This document shows, piece by piece, positions 45,856 to 57,886 of a stretch of 64,000 bases of DNA. Source of the stretch: a phage; the sequence record PZ452612.1; one strand, given 5' to 3'. Under the pieces are notes generated by a model. It ran no database searches, was not told the DNA's origin, and saw nothing but the letters and a program-made list of their open reading frames with translations. Made by a program: the position numbers and the translations under genes. Each line of letters opens with the position of its first letter. The stretch's first letter is position 1.

Positions 45856-47588
45856 TGGAAATGATTAGCAGTAGCCTTAATTGGTTCGTGGGTGTTGTCG
45901 AGGACAGAATGGACCCATTAAAACAAGGGCGAGTTCGAGTTCGAGTCGTTGGTCTTCATCCAGCACAGAGAGCACAAGGTGATGTACAAGGTATTCCTAC
46001 AGAAAAACTTCCATGGATGACTGTTATTCAACCTATTACGTCTGCATCAATGTCAGGTATTGGTGGTTCTGTTACAGGTCCTGTTGAAGGAACTCGAGTA
46101 TATGGTCATTTCTTAGACAAATGGAAAACAAACGGGATTGTACTTGGTACATACGGCGGAATCGTACGTGAAAAGCCTAATAGACTTGAAGGTTTTTCAG
46201 ACCCGACAGGCCAGTATCCGCGACGTTTAGGTAATGATACGAACGTATTAAACCAAGGTGGTGAAGCTGGTTATTATTCAAACTCTAACGTAATTCAAGA
46301 TAACAACTTGGATTATGGTATAAACCCGGATGATACAGATTTAGCAAATATTCCGGAAGATGATGACCCTAATTTTACAATAACAGAAATGTTACGTCGT
46401 GACGAAGGTCTTCGTGATAAAGTGTATTGGGACCATCTCGGATATCCTACCGTAGGTATTGGACACCTTATAGTAATGGAAAAAACCCGAGATATGTCTA
46501 GAATTAATAAATTGTTATCCGATCAAGTAGGGCGTGAAGTAACAGGAAATCCTGGGACTATTACATTAGAAGAAGCAACAGCGTTATTTGAGAAAGACCT
46601 TGCTAAGATGCAGAAAGACATTCGTTCTAATTCTAAAGTAGGTCCTGTTTATGCTAAAATGAACAGATCTCGCCAAATGGCATTAGAAAACATGTGCTTC
46701 CAAATGGGCGTTGGTGGTGTAGCAAAATTCAATACTATGCTTAAAGCAATGGCCGAAGGCGATTGGAAAACTGCATACAAATCTGGACGCGATTCATTAT
46801 GGTTCCAACAGACTAAAGGGCGTGCTTCACGTGTAACAACAATTATTTTAACCGGTAACATGGAATCATACGGTGTTCCTGTTAAAACACCGCCTTCACC
46901 AGGAGTTGGTGCTGATTTAGTTACTAGAAATACCGATCCGGAAGACCCTGCTGGTCCTCCTGTTCCATTAGATTCACGTATCCTTTTTAAAGAACCTGAA
47001 TCAAGTTATCGTGGTGAGTATCCATACGTTCATGCTATGGAAACAGAAAGTGGTCATATCCAAGAGTTTGACGATACTCCAGGTAATGAACGTTATCGCT
47101 TAGTTCATCCAACAGGGTCATATGAGGAAGTTTCTCCGTCTGGGCGTCGTACTCGTAAAACTGTAGAAGACCTTTTTGACATCACTAATGGTGATGGGAA
47201 CTTCTTGATTTCTGGCGATAAGCTTGTTAACGTTGGTGCTAATGAAATATATTATAACATGGCAGACCGCCTCCATCAAATAGACGGCAATGACACAATC
47301 TTTATTCGTGGTAACCAATCTAAAACTGTTGAAGGCGATGGAACTCTTTACGTTAAGGGTAATATCAAAATAGTTGTTGACGGAAATGCAGATATTCTTG
47401 TTAAAGGTGATGCTAAAACTCAGGTCGAAGGGAATCATGATTACACCGTCAACGGAAACGTTAAATGGACTGTTAATGGTAATGTTGATATGACTGTTGC
47501 CGGTGATTGGGCAGAAAGAATGTCTACAATGAGCTCAGTAGCTTCAGGACAATACACTGTTGACGGATCTCGTATTGATATTGGGTAA
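45855..47588 (+). CDS. 5: Baseplate hub / tail lysozyme gp5
   Basis: 577 aa; OB-fold N-terminus, central lysozyme domain resembling gene e (MLRRDEGLRDKVYWDHLGYPTVGIGHL), C-terminal VxGxxxxx beta-helix repeats. Confidence 0.95.
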   Translation: MEMISSSLNWFVGVVEDRMDPLKQGRVRVRVVGLHPAQRAQGDVQGIPTEKLPWMTVIQPITSASMSGIGGSVTGPVEGTRVYGHFLDKWKTNGIVLGTYGGIVREKPNRLEGFSDPTGQYPRRLGNDTNVLNQGGEAGYYSNSNVIQDNNLDYGINPDDTDLANIPEDDDPNFTITEMLRRDEGLRDKVYWDHLGYPTVGIGHLIVMEKTRDMSRINKLLSDQVGREVTGNPGTITLEEATALFEKDLAKMQKDIRSNSKVGPVYAKMNRSRQMALENMCFQMGVGGVAKFNTMLKAMAEGDWKTAYKSGRDSLWFQQTKGRASRVTTIILTGNMESYGVPVKTPPSPGVGADLVTRNTDPEDPAGPPVPLDSRILFKEPESSYRGEYPYVHAMETESGHIQEFDDTPGNERYRLVHPTGSYEEVSPSGRRTRKTVEDLFDITNGDGNFLISGDKLVNVGANEIYYNMADRLHQIDGNDTIFIRGNQSKTVEGDGTLYVKGNIKIVVDGNADILVKGDAKTQVEGNHDYTVNGNVKWTVNGNVDMTVAGDWAERMSTMSSVASGQYTVDGSRIDIG

Positions 47589-47591
47589 TAT

Positions 47592-48107
47592 ATGGCACAA
47601 ATACTTCCTTTAAATACCGACTTAGGAGAAGACATGGAAGGGGCGTCTATTGACGTCCTTTTTACTCCACAGTTAGAAACAACCGAAACTTTAGTGTCAA
47701 TAAATATAACAGATTATGAACCGACACAAGGCATTACGGTAGACGGCAATCGTTTATATGGAACATATGAAAGTGTGTTTAGCTTTTCTTCGGATGCATT
47801 GAAATACCGATTAAATGATGATTTTGAAACAGCATCTTCATGGGATGATTTACCAAAAGATGAATCCACACAGTTATATTTGTGGAGAGCTCCTCAGAAT
47901 CTTCGTAAAGTGTTTAGTTATACGGTTGAAATGATTTATAACTACCAAGAAGAAAGTTCATCAGGCGGTTCTAGAAGTGACTCTGGTACAGAACCTCCAC
48001 CGGCTCCAGTACAAAAAACTCTTACTAAGGTTTATACAAAAACTATAGTAGGAAATTGGAGCAAATGGGCTCATCAATTACGAAACTATGTTTATGTGAG
48101 GCCGTGA
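47592..48107 (+). CDS. 5.1: gp5.1 baseplate-associated protein
   Basis: 171 aa; synteny after gene 5. Confidence 0.7.
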   Translation: MAQILPLNTDLGEDMEGASIDVLFTPQLETTETLVSINITDYEPTQGITVDGNRLYGTYESVFSFSSDALKYRLNDDFETASSWDDLPKDESTQLYLWRAPQNLRKVFSYTVEMIYNYQEESSSGGSRSDSGTEPPPAPVQKTLTKVYTKTIVGNWSKWAHQLRNYVYVRP

Positions 48108-48109
48108 AA

Positions 48110-48403
48110 ATGTCTGGCTTAAGTTACGACAAGTGCGTTACAACAGGTCATGAAGCATGGCCTCCTACTGTAATAAATGCTTCCCAATCTAAAGTATTCA
48201 CCGGCGGTATTCCTGTTCTTGTAGCAGGAGACCAAATAACACCTCATACAGAAATTAAAAAACCATACGAGACTCATGGAGGTGTTACTGAACCTCGTAC
48301 ATCTAAAGTATACGTCACCGGTAAAAAGGCCGTTCAAATGGCTGACCCAATTTCATGCGGGGATACTGTTTCTCAGGCCTCGTCAAAAGTCTTTATAAAA
48401 TAG
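48110..48403 (+). CDS. 5.4: gp5.4 PAAR-repeat spike tip protein
   Basis: 97 aa from internal ATG ([14 protein letters not shown]...); conserved Cys/His; synteny. Confidence 0.75.
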   Translation: MSGLSYDKCVTTGHEAWPPTVINASQSKVFTGGIPVLVAGDQITPHTEIKKPYETHGGVTEPRTSKVYVTGKKAVQMADPISCGDTVSQASSKVFIK

Positions 48404-48411
48404 GAATTAAA

Positions 48412-50385
48412 ATGGCAAACACTCCTGTAAATTATCAATTAACCCGAACAGCGAATGCTATTCCCGAGATTTTTATCGGGGGCACATTTGCCGAAATCAA
48501 ACAGAACATTATCGAATGGCTCCATGGACAGAATGAATTTCTTGACTATGATTTTGAAGGTTCACGCTTAAACGTATTGTGCGACCTTTTAGCATATAAC
48601 ACTCTTTACATCCAACAGTTCAGTAATAGTGCAGTGTATGAAAGTTTTATGCGCACTGCAAACTTGCGTAGCTCTGTTGTACAAGCGGCTCAAGATAACG
48701 GATATCTGCCTTCATCTAAATCAGCAGCACAAACAGAAATTATGCTCACATGTACGGATGCGTTAAATAGAAACTATATCACCATTCCACGTGGCACTCG
48801 TTTCTTAGCATATGCTAAAGATACTTCTGTTAACCCATATAACTTTGTTTCTACTGAAGATGTCATTGTAGTTAAAGACAAAAATAACCAATATTTCCCA
48901 CGTCTTAGATTAGCTCAGGGACGTATTGTTCGTACTGAATTAACATTTGATAAATTAAAACCTATCATTATTCGTGATAAGAACATTGACCGTAATTTAG
49001 TTAAGTTGTACGTTGATGGAGCAGAATGGATTAACTGGACTCGTAAGTCGATGGTTCACGCTGGTTCTACGTCAACAATCTATTATATGCGTGAAACAGT
49101 TGATGGGAACACCGAATTTTATTTTGGTGAAGGCGAAATCTCTATTAACACATCAGAAGGTGCGTTAACATCCAACTATATTGGTGGCCTTAAACCTGTT
49201 CAGGGTTCTAAAATCGTAATTGAGTATATTTCTACTAATGGCGCAGATGCTAACGGTGCTGTAGGATTTTCTTATGCTGATACATTAGCTAATATCACGG
49301 TAATCGATATTAATGAGAACCCTAGCAATAACCCAGACTTTGTCGGGGCCGATGGCGGCGGCGACCCTGAAGATATTGAACGTATTCGAGAATTAGGCAC
49401 AATTAAACGCGAAACTCAACAACGTTGTGTAACCGCTTCCGACTATGACACATTCGTCTCTGAGCGGTTTGGTTCTATTATTCAAGCAGTTCAAACATTC
49501 ACAGATTCGTCTAAACCTGGGTATGCATACATTGCTGCTAAGCCTAAATCTGGATTGTATTTGACTTCTGTCCAACGTGATGATATCAAAAACTATTTGA
49601 ATGATTATAACTTAGGGACTATTACACCTGTTGTTATTTCGCCTGATTATTTGTTTATCAAAATGAATATCAAAGTTACGTACGCGTTGAATAAACTCCA
49701 AGAATCAGAACAATATCTTGAAGGGCAAATTATTAATAAAATTGACCGATATTATATTGAAGATGTAGAAATTTTTAACTCATCGTTTGCAAAATCTAAA
49801 ATGCTAACTTATGTCGATGATGCAGATATTTCTATTATTGGTTCTTCAGCTACTATTCAAATGGTTCGCGAAGTACAGAACTTTTATAAAACGCCTGAGG
49901 CCGGTATTAAATACAATAATCAGATTAAAGATAGATCGATGGAATCTAATATATTCTCGTTTGATTCGCACAGACCTAATCCAGAAAATGCAAACGAAAC
50001 TATTAAATACGGTGTTCGCATAGTATCTTCTGACCGTAATGACCGTGGCATAGGTCAAGTTATTATTGGTCCATTTGCAGATGGCGATGTTGTTGAAAAC
50101 GAAAATATACAACCTTATACAGGTAATGATTTTAATAAACTTACTGTTACTGACGGACGAAACAAATACTATTCAATTGGTGAGGTGAATTATCCTGCCG
50201 ATTCGATTTATTGGAACATTGCTAAAATTGACCTCACTTCAGACCGTTTTGAAGTTCAGACAATTGAACTTTATTCCGACCCTGCAGATGATATTATTTT
50301 TACAAAGGATGGTTCTTTAATCGTATTCGAAAATGACTTACGTCCTCAGTACTTAACTATAGATTTGGAGCCTATTTCACAATGA
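48412..50385 (+). CDS. 6: Baseplate wedge protein gp6
   Basis: 657 aa from ATG at 48412 (MANTPVNYQL...). Confidence 0.9.
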   Translation: MANTPVNYQLTRTANAIPEIFIGGTFAEIKQNIIEWLHGQNEFLDYDFEGSRLNVLCDLLAYNTLYIQQFSNSAVYESFMRTANLRSSVVQAAQDNGYLPSSKSAAQTEIMLTCTDALNRNYITIPRGTRFLAYAKDTSVNPYNFVSTEDVIVVKDKNNQYFPRLRLAQGRIVRTELTFDKLKPIIIRDKNIDRNLVKLYVDGAEWINWTRKSMVHAGSTSTIYYMRETVDGNTEFYFGEGEISINTSEGALTSNYIGGLKPVQGSKIVIEYISTNGADANGAVGFSYADTLANITVIDINENPSNNPDFVGADGGGDPEDIERIRELGTIKRETQQRCVTASDYDTFVSERFGSIIQAVQTFTDSSKPGYAYIAAKPKSGLYLTSVQRDDIKNYLNDYNLGTITPVVISPDYLFIKMNIKVTYALNKLQESEQYLEGQIINKIDRYYIEDVEIFNSSFAKSKMLTYVDDADISIIGSSATIQMVREVQNFYKTPEAGIKYNNQIKDRSMESNIFSFDSHRPNPENANETIKYGVRIVSSDRNDRGIGQVIIGPFADGDVVENENIQPYTGNDFNKLTVTDGRNKYYSIGEVNYPADSIYWNIAKIDLTSDRFEVQTIELYSDPADDIIFTKDGSLIVFENDLRPQYLTIDLEPISQ

Positions 50386-53300
50386 CAGTAAAAGCGCCAG
50401 CAGTCACAAGTCTCAGAATATCCAAGTTGTCCGCTAACCAAGTTCAAATACGCTGGGATGACGTTGGTGCTAATTTCTACTATTTCGTAGAAATCGCTGA
50501 GACTAAAACGGCAGACGGGGAAATAATTCCCCCTGCCAGCTACAGATGGATAAATTTAGGATATACCCCTAATAACAACTGGTTCGAAAGTAGCTTAGAC
50601 CCATTAACTTCTTATATTATTCGTGTATCAACTGCCGCTGAAGGCTTCGAGAGATCTGATTGGGTATATACCGAAATATTTGAATCATTTCAGACTAACG
50701 CGTATACATTTCAACATATGATTGAAATGCAATTGGCTAACACTTTTATTAGAGAAAAATTTACAAATAACAACATGGCTTATGTCGATTTTAATAACGA
50801 CACTATAATGGCAGCTCTAATGAATGAATCGTTCCAATTTAGCCCTGCTTATGCAGATATTTCATCTATTAAAAATTTCATTATTGGCGAAAATGAGTAT
50901 CATGAAATTCAAGGTTCGATTCAACAGGTGTGTCATGATATAAACCGTGTTTATTTGATGGAATCCGAAGGAATTCTTTATTTGTTTGAACGGTATCAGC
51001 CTGTGGTTAAAGTCTCTAATGATAAGGGACAAACCTGGAAATCGGTTAAATTGTTTAATGACCGTGTAGGGTACCCTGTATCAAGAACAGTGTATTACCA
51101 GACAGATTACACCACGTATGTTCTTGGGTATGATAAATTATTTTACGGCCGTAAATCAACTGACGTTCGTTGGTCTGCTGATGATGTGAGATTTAGTTCT
51201 CAAGATATAACATTTGCTAAAATTGGTGACCAGTTAAATTTAGGATTTGATGTAGAAATATTTGGTAACTACGCATCATTACCTGCTAACGTGTCACGTA
51301 TTGCAGAAGCTATCGTTTGCAATGACGATTATGTGTACGTCGCTGCTCGAGATAAAGTTCGTTTTATTAAAACTAGTAATGCCCCTATCGATTCAGACCC
51401 GTTATCTCCGACGTATTCCGAACGTTTGTTTGAACAAGAAACATTTAACATCACAGGTAACCCTAAGGCAGTTTGTTATAAAATGGATTCTGTCGGCGGT
51501 AAAATATTTGCACTGATTATCGGTGAAGTTGTTAATCTTAATGACGACCCGAGGACCACTCCTATTGTTGATTCTGCTGATAAGGGTATTTACGTTCTAG
51601 ACCATGATGCTGGCACATTTAAACGTGTGTTTGGTAATACTGAAGAAGAACGCCGTCGTATTGAACCTGGGTACACCAGTATGTCTACTGATGGTGTTGA
51701 GTTATCTATTTCATCTAGTAATTTTAAATTTCTAGAATCGGATATTGTTGATGACCCAAAAACGCAAATCAAGTACGGTTTAATCGGTGCTGTTAAATAT
51801 GAGTATCCTCGCGAATGGTTGGCTGATAAACATTATCATATGATGGCATTTATTTCAACTGAAGACTCTCAATGGGAATCGTTCACTCCTCAACCGATGG
51901 AATACTATGCTGAGCCATTCTTTAGTTATTCTAGAAAGTCTGGTACTCGTTGTTGGATTAATAACTCAGACAAGGCCGTTGTAATTTATTCTGATTTACT
52001 TTACACTAAGGTTATTGAGAATCATCCACTTAGTTCTTCAGACCGTGAAGTTCATGAATATTGGAAGGACGGTGACTGTACAATAGTGATGCCTAACGTG
52101 GATTTCACCGGATTTAAAAAATATGCATCCGGCATGATTTTCTATAAATCATCAGGTGAGATTATTTCTTATTATGATTTTAGTTATCGTGTTAGAGATA
52201 ATGTTTCTATAATTTGGAAGCCTACTAATATATTCTTAACAGCATCATTACAAAACCAAGAAAAAGATACCACATGGACTCCTGTAGAAGAGAATGGTAT
52301 TGCAGACCCAGATTTACGTCCATTGCTCACTACAATGATGCCGGAGTCTTATCTTTTAGATAATACAAACTTTGAAGCGTTCTGCGAGGCTTATATTCAG
52401 TATCTTTCTGACGGTTATGGGACCCATTATAACAACCTTTTGAATCTTATTAAAAATCAATATCCGCGCGAAGAACATGCGTGGGAATACTTATGGTCTG
52501 AGATTTATAAACGAAACATTTACTTAAACGCCGAAAAACGCGATTTAGTGTCTCGTTTCTTTGAATCAAGAAGTTATGACTTCTATTCAACTAAAGGAAC
52601 TGAAGCATCATATAAATTCTTGTTTAAAGTGCTTTATAACGAAGATGTTGAAATTGAAATTGAATCTAGTTCCGGGACCGAATATGATATCATCATTGAA
52701 TCTGATTCGTTGACAGAAGATTTGGTCGGACAAACCATATACACCGCTACAGGACGTTGTAATGTGACGTATATCGAGAGAAGTTACTCTAAAGGTAAAT
52801 TACAATGGACTGTAACAATTCACAACCTCTTAGGTCGTTTAATCCAAGGACAGGAAGTTAAAGCTGAAAGACTCCCTGGTTTTGAAGGTGAAATTGTTCG
52901 TGGTATTAAAGGTAAAGAGCTTTCTCAGAACAACATCGATTACATAAATCGTGGTAGAGCATACTACGTAATGAAGATTAAATCTAAACTTCCGTCATCT
53001 CGTTGGAAATCAGACGTATTACGTTTTGTTCATCCGGTTGGATTTGGATTTATCGCAATTACCCTTCTCACAATGTTTATTAACACCGGATTAACACTTA
53101 AACATGTTGAAACCATTATTAATAAATACAAAAACTATAAGTGGGATTCTGGATTACCGACTAAATATGCAGACCGAGTGGCTAAATTAGACCCACAAGG
53201 AAATGTTGAGTTTGACCCTATTACAGGTAAAGCGATATATGAAATAGGCCCTATGGCTGGTCAAGATTATCCATTGCCTGAAGATTATAACGCTGAAAAC

Positions 53301-53480
53301 AATAACTCCATATTTCAAGGTCAACTTCCATCGGAACGACGTAAACTGATGAGCCCATTATTTGATGCGTCCGGAACAACATTCTCTAGATTTAGAGATT
53401 TGGTTGAACAACGGTTAATCGATAATGTAGGAAATCCAAGAGACCCCGTGAATCCACCACAGGTTAAATTAGATGAATGA
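50382..53480 (+). CDS. 7: Baseplate wedge initiator gp7
   Basis: 1032 aa, same length as T4 gp7; synteny. Confidence 0.9.
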   Translation: MTVKAPAVTSLRISKLSANQVQIRWDDVGANFYYFVEIAETKTADGEIIPPASYRWINLGYTPNNNWFESSLDPLTSYIIRVSTAAEGFERSDWVYTEIFESFQTNAYTFQHMIEMQLANTFIREKFTNNNMAYVDFNNDTIMAALMNESFQFSPAYADISSIKNFIIGENEYHEIQGSIQQVCHDINRVYLMESEGILYLFERYQPVVKVSNDKGQTWKSVKLFNDRVGYPVSRTVYYQTDYTTYVLGYDKLFYGRKSTDVRWSADDVRFSSQDITFAKIGDQLNLGFDVEIFGNYASLPANVSRIAEAIVCNDDYVYVAARDKVRFIKTSNAPIDSDPLSPTYSERLFEQETFNITGNPKAVCYKMDSVGGKIFALIIGEVVNLNDDPRTTPIVDSADKGIYVLDHDAGTFKRVFGNTEEERRRIEPGYTSMSTDGVELSISSSNFKFLESDIVDDPKTQIKYGLIGAVKYEYPREWLADKHYHMMAFISTEDSQWESFTPQPMEYYAEPFFSYSRKSGTRCWINNSDKAVVIYSDLLYTKVIENHPLSSSDREVHEYWKDGDCTIVMPNVDFTGFKKYASGMIFYKSSGEIISYYDFSYRVRDNVSIIWKPTNIFLTASLQNQEKDTTWTPVEENGIADPDLRPLLTTMMPESYLLDNTNFEAFCEAYIQYLSDGYGTHYNNLLNLIKNQYPREEHAWEYLWSEIYKRNIYLNAEKRDLVSRFFESRSYDFYSTKGTEASYKFLFKVLYNEDVEIEIESSSGTEYDIIIESDSLTEDLVGQTIYTATGRCNVTYIERSYSKGKLQWTVTIHNLLGRLIQGQEVKAERLPGFEGEIVRGIKGKELSQNNIDYINRGRAYYVMKIKSKLPSSRWKSDVLRFVHPVGFGFIAITLLTMFINTGLTLKHVETIINKYKNYKWDSGLPTKYADRVAKLDPQGNVEFDPITGKAIYEIGPMAGQDYPLPEDYNAENNNSIFQGQLPSERRKLMSPLFDASGTTFSRFRDLVEQRLIDNVGNPRDPVNPPQVKLDE

Positions 53481-54477
53481 TTCAAGTGTTATCTATCGTG
53501 CAATAGTTACATCAAAATTTAGAACAGAGAAAATGCTGAATTTTTATAATTCAGTTGGGGATGGAGATGATAAGAACTCCATTTATATTACGTTTGGACG
53601 TTCAGAGCCTTGGGCGTCAAATGAAAATGAGGTGGGCTTCGCCCCACCTTATCCTACAGATTCTGTTCTTGGTGTTACTGATATGTGGACCCATATGATG
53701 GGTACCGTTAAAGTTTTACCTTCAATGTTAGATTCTGTTATTCCTAGACGTGATTGGGGAGATGTGCGATATCCAGACCCTTACACGTTTAGAATTAACG
53801 ATATAGTCGCATGTAATACTGCTCCGTACAACGCGACAGAAGTTGGAGCTGGTTGGTTAATTTACCGTTGTTTAGATGTCCCTGACGTAGGGCTCTGTTC
53901 AATAGAATCTTTAGATAATAAAGATGAATGTCTTAAATTAGGTGGTAAATGGACTCCGTCTGTTCGTTCTATGTCTCCTCCTGAAGGCAGAGGCGATGCT
54001 AATGGGGTCATCGAAACAGGTGATGGATATATTTGGGAATATCTTTATGAGATTCCTGCTGATGTGTCAATTAACCGTTGCACTAACGAATATCTTGTAG
54101 TTCCATGGCCGGAAGAAATTAAAGAAGACCCCACCCGTTGGGGATATGAAAATAACTTAACTTGGCAACAAGATGACTACGGTTTGATTTACCGTGTTAA
54201 AGCTAATACGATGCGGTTTAAAGCATATTTTGATTCTGTTTATTTCCCTGAGGCAGCTTTGCCTGGTAACAAGGGTTTTAGACAGATATCAATTATCGCA
54301 AACCCGTTAGAAGCTAAGAAAAATCCAAATGACCCTAATGTTAAAGCAGAAAAGGATTATTACGACCCTAGAGACCTGCAACGTCATTCCGGTGAAATGA
54401 TTTATATGGAAAACCGACCACCTGTTATTATGGCAATGGACCAAACAGAAGAAATTAACATTTTGTTTATGTTTTAA
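53473..54477 (+). CDS. 8: Baseplate wedge protein gp8
   Basis: 334 aa, same length as T4 gp8. Confidence 0.9.
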   Translation: MNDSSVIYRAIVTSKFRTEKMLNFYNSVGDGDDKNSIYITFGRSEPWASNENEVGFAPPYPTDSVLGVTDMWTHMMGTVKVLPSMLDSVIPRRDWGDVRYPDPYTFRINDIVACNTAPYNATEVGAGWLIYRCLDVPDVGLCSIESLDNKDECLKLGGKWTPSVRSMSPPEGRGDANGVIETGDGYIWEYLYEIPADVSINRCTNEYLVVPWPEEIKEDPTRWGYENNLTWQQDDYGLIYRVKANTMRFKAYFDSVYFPEAALPGNKGFRQISIIANPLEAKKNPNDPNVKAEKDYYDPRDLQRHSGEMIYMENRPPVIMAMDQTEEINILFMF

Positions 54478-54480
54478 TTA

Positions 54481-54504
54481 GGGAGCCTTCGGGCTCCCAT
54501 TTTT
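54481..54504 (+). terminator. Rho-independent terminator after gene 8 (UUCG tetraloop)
   Basis: GGGAGCC-ttcg-GGCTCCC followed by ATTTTTG. Confidence 0.6.
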
Positions 54505-54509
54505 GTATC

Positions 54510-54517
54510 TATAAATA
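54510..54517 (+). promoter_or_regulatory. Late promoter TATAAATA for gene 9
   Basis: Exact TATAAATA ~33 nt upstream of the gp9 ATG. Confidence 0.55.
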
Positions 54518-54549
54518 GAATATAATATCGGACAACAAAAGGCAGAATT

Positions 54550-55422
54550 ATGGCATTTTTTAAGCAAACTCCTAAACAATTAATCGATACCGGCGAAATT
54601 GGTAATGCCTCAACAGGTGATATCTTATTCGACGGTGGTAATAAAATAAATGACGATATCAACGCTATTTACAATGCATTTGGCGATCAACGTAAAATGG
54701 CCGTAGCAGATGGAACCGGACCTACAGGTCAAACTATTCATGCCACAGGTTATTATCAAAAAGGAAAGGCAGCCGATTATCAAACTCCTATTAAACCCGG
54801 CACCATGCATGATATTGATGCTTCTGATGGCGGTGTGATTGTTATTATTGACCGTCCTGAATTAGGTGACTCTGTAGAATTCATAAACTCTAATGGGTCT
54901 ATTTCTGTTAACAATCCTTTAAGTATCCAAGTAACTGATGGTTCGATTAAAGGTGTTCTTAATAATCTTGTTATTTCCACCCCTTATACCCATGTTGTTC
55001 TTCGTTGTGTTGAACTTAATGGGCCAACTTCAGTATGGAATTATTCTACTGATAGCATGTTTGGGCAGAAAGAATCTCCTGTCGATGGGACTTGGAGTCT
55101 TACAGGAAACACAGTTTCTATTCCTCTGTTTTATCGCACGGATTATAACATGGCCAAATTGCTTGTTACATGCCAATCCGCCGACGGTAGAAAAATAAAA
55201 ACATGCGAAATAAATATTCTAATAGATACAATTAACTCAGAAGTTCTTTCTACCGAATTTGCAGTAATGCGAGTTGGTAATGTAGATGAAACCGACGAGA
55301 TTGCTAATATTAGCTTTAGTATTATTAACAACTTTGCTACTATGACGATTACATCCGATATTATTGGATTACGTTCGGCAGTTAAAATTATCTCAACTCA
55401 GAAAATTGGGGTCGCTCAATAA
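54550..55422 (+). CDS. 9: Baseplate wedge / long-tail-fiber socket protein gp9
   Basis: 290 aa; synteny. Confidence 0.9.
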   Translation: MAFFKQTPKQLIDTGEIGNASTGDILFDGGNKINDDINAIYNAFGDQRKMAVADGTGPTGQTIHATGYYQKGKAADYQTPIKPGTMHDIDASDGGVIVIIDRPELGDSVEFINSNGSISVNNPLSIQVTDGSIKGVLNNLVISTPYTHVVLRCVELNGPTSVWNYSTDSMFGQKESPVDGTWSLTGNTVSIPLFYRTDYNMAKLLVTCQSADGRKIKTCEINILIDTINSEVLSTEFAVMRVGNVDETDEIANISFSIINNFATMTITSDIIGLRSAVKIISTQKIGVAQ

Positions 55423-57227
55423 TGAAACAAAATATTAAAATTGGTAACGTCGTTGATGACGGACAAGGCGATTACCTTCGTCGAGGTGGTGAAAAAATAA
55501 ATGAGAACTTTGACGAAATCTATTATGAATTAGGTGATGGTGAAGTTCCTTATGCAGCTGGTGCATGGAAGACTTATGATGCGGCTGATGGTCTTAATCT
55601 TAAGGCTGCTTGGGGTAAATCTTATGCAATTAATACTACTTCTGGGCGAGTTTCGGTAAATCTTCCTAAAGGGACAATTGCAGACTATAATAAAGTTATT
55701 CGTGCTCGTGACGTATTTGCAACTTGGAACATTAACCCTGTTACTTTAATTCCGGCAAACGGAGACACGATTAAAGGTTCTTCATCTCCGGTAGAAATTA
55801 ACGTTCAGTTCTCTGATTTAGAATTAGTTTATTGTGCTCCTGGACGTTGGGAATACATCAAGAACAAACAAATTGATAAAATAGTTAGCTCTGACATTAG
55901 TAATGTTGCTCGTAGAGAATATCTTGTTGAAACCCAAGGTCAGACCGATTTCATGGATGTTTTTAACGGGACCTCTTATAACGTTAACAACATTCGCGTA
56001 AAACATCGTGGCAACGAATTGTATTATGGTGATGTATTCAGTGATAATAGTGATTTTGGTTCTCCGGGCGCTAATCCTGGTGAACTGGTTGCACTCGATG
56101 GATTTAATATTAGATTACGCCAACCATGTAATGTTGGGGACACTGTACAAATTGAGACATTCCTAGACGGTGTTTCTCAGTGGCGTAGTTCATATACTCG
56201 TCGCCAAGTTCGCATTTTAGATAGTAAATTGACTGCTAAAAAGTCTATTGACGGAAGTATTTACGTCACTGATTTGAGTACGTTCAGGTCTATTCCATTT
56301 ACAGCATTTGGTATTAATCCTACGGAACCACCTAACCCGAATTCATTAGAAGTTCGCTTCAATGGTATTCTCCAAGAATTAGCTGGTACTGTTGGAACTC
56401 CTATTTTCCGTTGTGAAGGTGTGGATGCTGATTCTGAAGAGTCATGCGCTAATCTCGGTGGGACATGGACTCAATCGTATACAGATTATGCGATTGAATA
56501 TACTGATAATATCCCTAGCGCAATTCTGTTTGACCGTCAATTTGAAGACCAAGACATTATTACCATAACATGGTTTAATAACGATTTAGGAACTCTTCTT
56601 GAAATGGAAGAAATTCTTGATGTCGCTGATGAGAAATATGTTTCTCAAGGGTCTAACATTGAAATTACTGGTGACGTTGCATTAACCGATTTCGATAAAA
56701 TTGGATGGCCTAATGTAGAACCTGTTCCTAAGTATGAACGTGAATTCTCGACTATCTCAGCAATATTTGACACAATTTATCCTGTTGGGACTATTTACGA
56801 AAATGCTGTTAACCCTAATAATCCGGCCACTTATTTAGGTTTTGGTTCATGGAAAATTTGGGGGCAAGGCAAAGTATTAGCAGGTTGGAATGACGACGCG
56901 TCGGATCCTAATTTTGCATTAAATAATAATGACCTTGACGTCAATGGTAACCCTACTCATACCGCAGGTGGTACCGTTGGTGTAACAACCATCACATTAG
57001 AAAATGCTGATTTACCGGCTACACAAACCGATGAAAAGGTTCTTATTTCTGATGATAATGGTACAGTAATTATAGGCGGCTGCCAATATGACCCGGATGA
57101 AGAAGGTCCTATTTACACTAAATATCGTGAAGACCATGCAAAGACTAATGGATCTCATGTTCCAGCGCGTTCTATAACTAATATTCAGCCATCTATAACT
57201 GTATACCGTTGGGTAAGGATTGCATAA
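55422..57227 (+). CDS. 10: Baseplate wedge protein gp10
   Basis: 601 aa; TAATG coupling with gp9. Confidence 0.9.
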   Translation: MKQNIKIGNVVDDGQGDYLRRGGEKINENFDEIYYELGDGEVPYAAGAWKTYDAADGLNLKAAWGKSYAINTTSGRVSVNLPKGTIADYNKVIRARDVFATWNINPVTLIPANGDTIKGSSSPVEINVQFSDLELVYCAPGRWEYIKNKQIDKIVSSDISNVARREYLVETQGQTDFMDVFNGTSYNVNNIRVKHRGNELYYGDVFSDNSDFGSPGANPGELVALDGFNIRLRQPCNVGDTVQIETFLDGVSQWRSSYTRRQVRILDSKLTAKKSIDGSIYVTDLSTFRSIPFTAFGINPTEPPNPNSLEVRFNGILQELAGTVGTPIFRCEGVDADSEESCANLGGTWTQSYTDYAIEYTDNIPSAILFDRQFEDQDIITITWFNNDLGTLLEMEEILDVADEKYVSQGSNIEITGDVALTDFDKIGWPNVEPVPKYEREFSTISAIFDTIYPVGTIYENAVNPNNPATYLGFGSWKIWGQGKVLAGWNDDASDPNFALNNNDLDVNGNPTHTAGGTVGVTTITLENADLPATQTDEKVLISDDNGTVIIGGCQYDPDEEGPIYTKYREDHAKTNGSHVPARSITNIQPSITVYRWVRIA

Positions 57228-57886
57228 TGACTGTACTTAATACAAAGGCGGGAGTTATTTCCCGTCATGCTGATTTTTTGAATTACAGAAAAAATCCAGA
57301 TCAAATTGATGTTTTAAACAACCAAGCTGTAGGTTCCGTGACTATTTCTCAGTTAGCTCGCGGTTTTTATGATGCTAACGTAGAATCTGCAATAAATGAT
57401 GTCCATAATATGGCACGAGCTGATATTGGTACTGTTGTCACAAACACTTCAGGCGTATCGCCTGAAGGTACAGCACAAGTTGATTATTGGACTTTTTCTG
57501 GTGATGTTCTCGACGATACTTTGGCCCCTGGAACGCCGGTCGTTATTAACGTATTTGGACTTGCTGTTAAAGCAACAATCGGTATGACTGATAACGAATT
57601 AACGGCACAAGTTCGTATAGCTTTACAAGAAGCCATTGCTAATCAAATCGCTATTTCTTCTTATAAAGACCATCCGTCCGAAGGTAATAAACTTCAGGTG
57701 ACATATTTAGATAACCAACGTCATGTGTTGCCAACATATGCTTCGTTTGGTGTAACAATTTCGCAAGAAATTTTGTCTGAAGCAAAATCCGGATACGGAA
57801 CATGGAATTTACTGGGTGCCCAAACGGTTACTCTTGATAACCATAATACTCCTACCGTTTTCTACCACTTTGTGAGAGCCTCATGA
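57227..57886 (+). CDS. 11: Baseplate wedge / short-tail-fiber-associated protein gp11
   Basis: 219 aa from ATG at 57227, matching T4 gp11 length; the track start 57209 is a TTG extension. Confidence 0.9.
   Translation: MTVLNTKAGVISRHADFLNYRKNPDQIDVLNNQAVGSVTISQLARGFYDANVESAINDVHNMARADIGTVVTNTSGVSPEGTAQVDYWTFSGDVLDDTLAPGTPVVINVFGLAVKATIGMTDNELTAQVRIALQEAIANQIAISSYKDHPSEGNKLQVTYLDNQRHVLPTYASFGVTISQEILSEAKSGYGTWNLLGAQTVTLDNHNTPTVFYHFVRAS

Noticed and set aside
48395-48411. Possible late promoter upstream of gene 6 (TATAAAAT)
   Set aside because: Deviates from TATAAATA at positions 7-8; gene 6 can be served by read-through from the gene 53 promoter.
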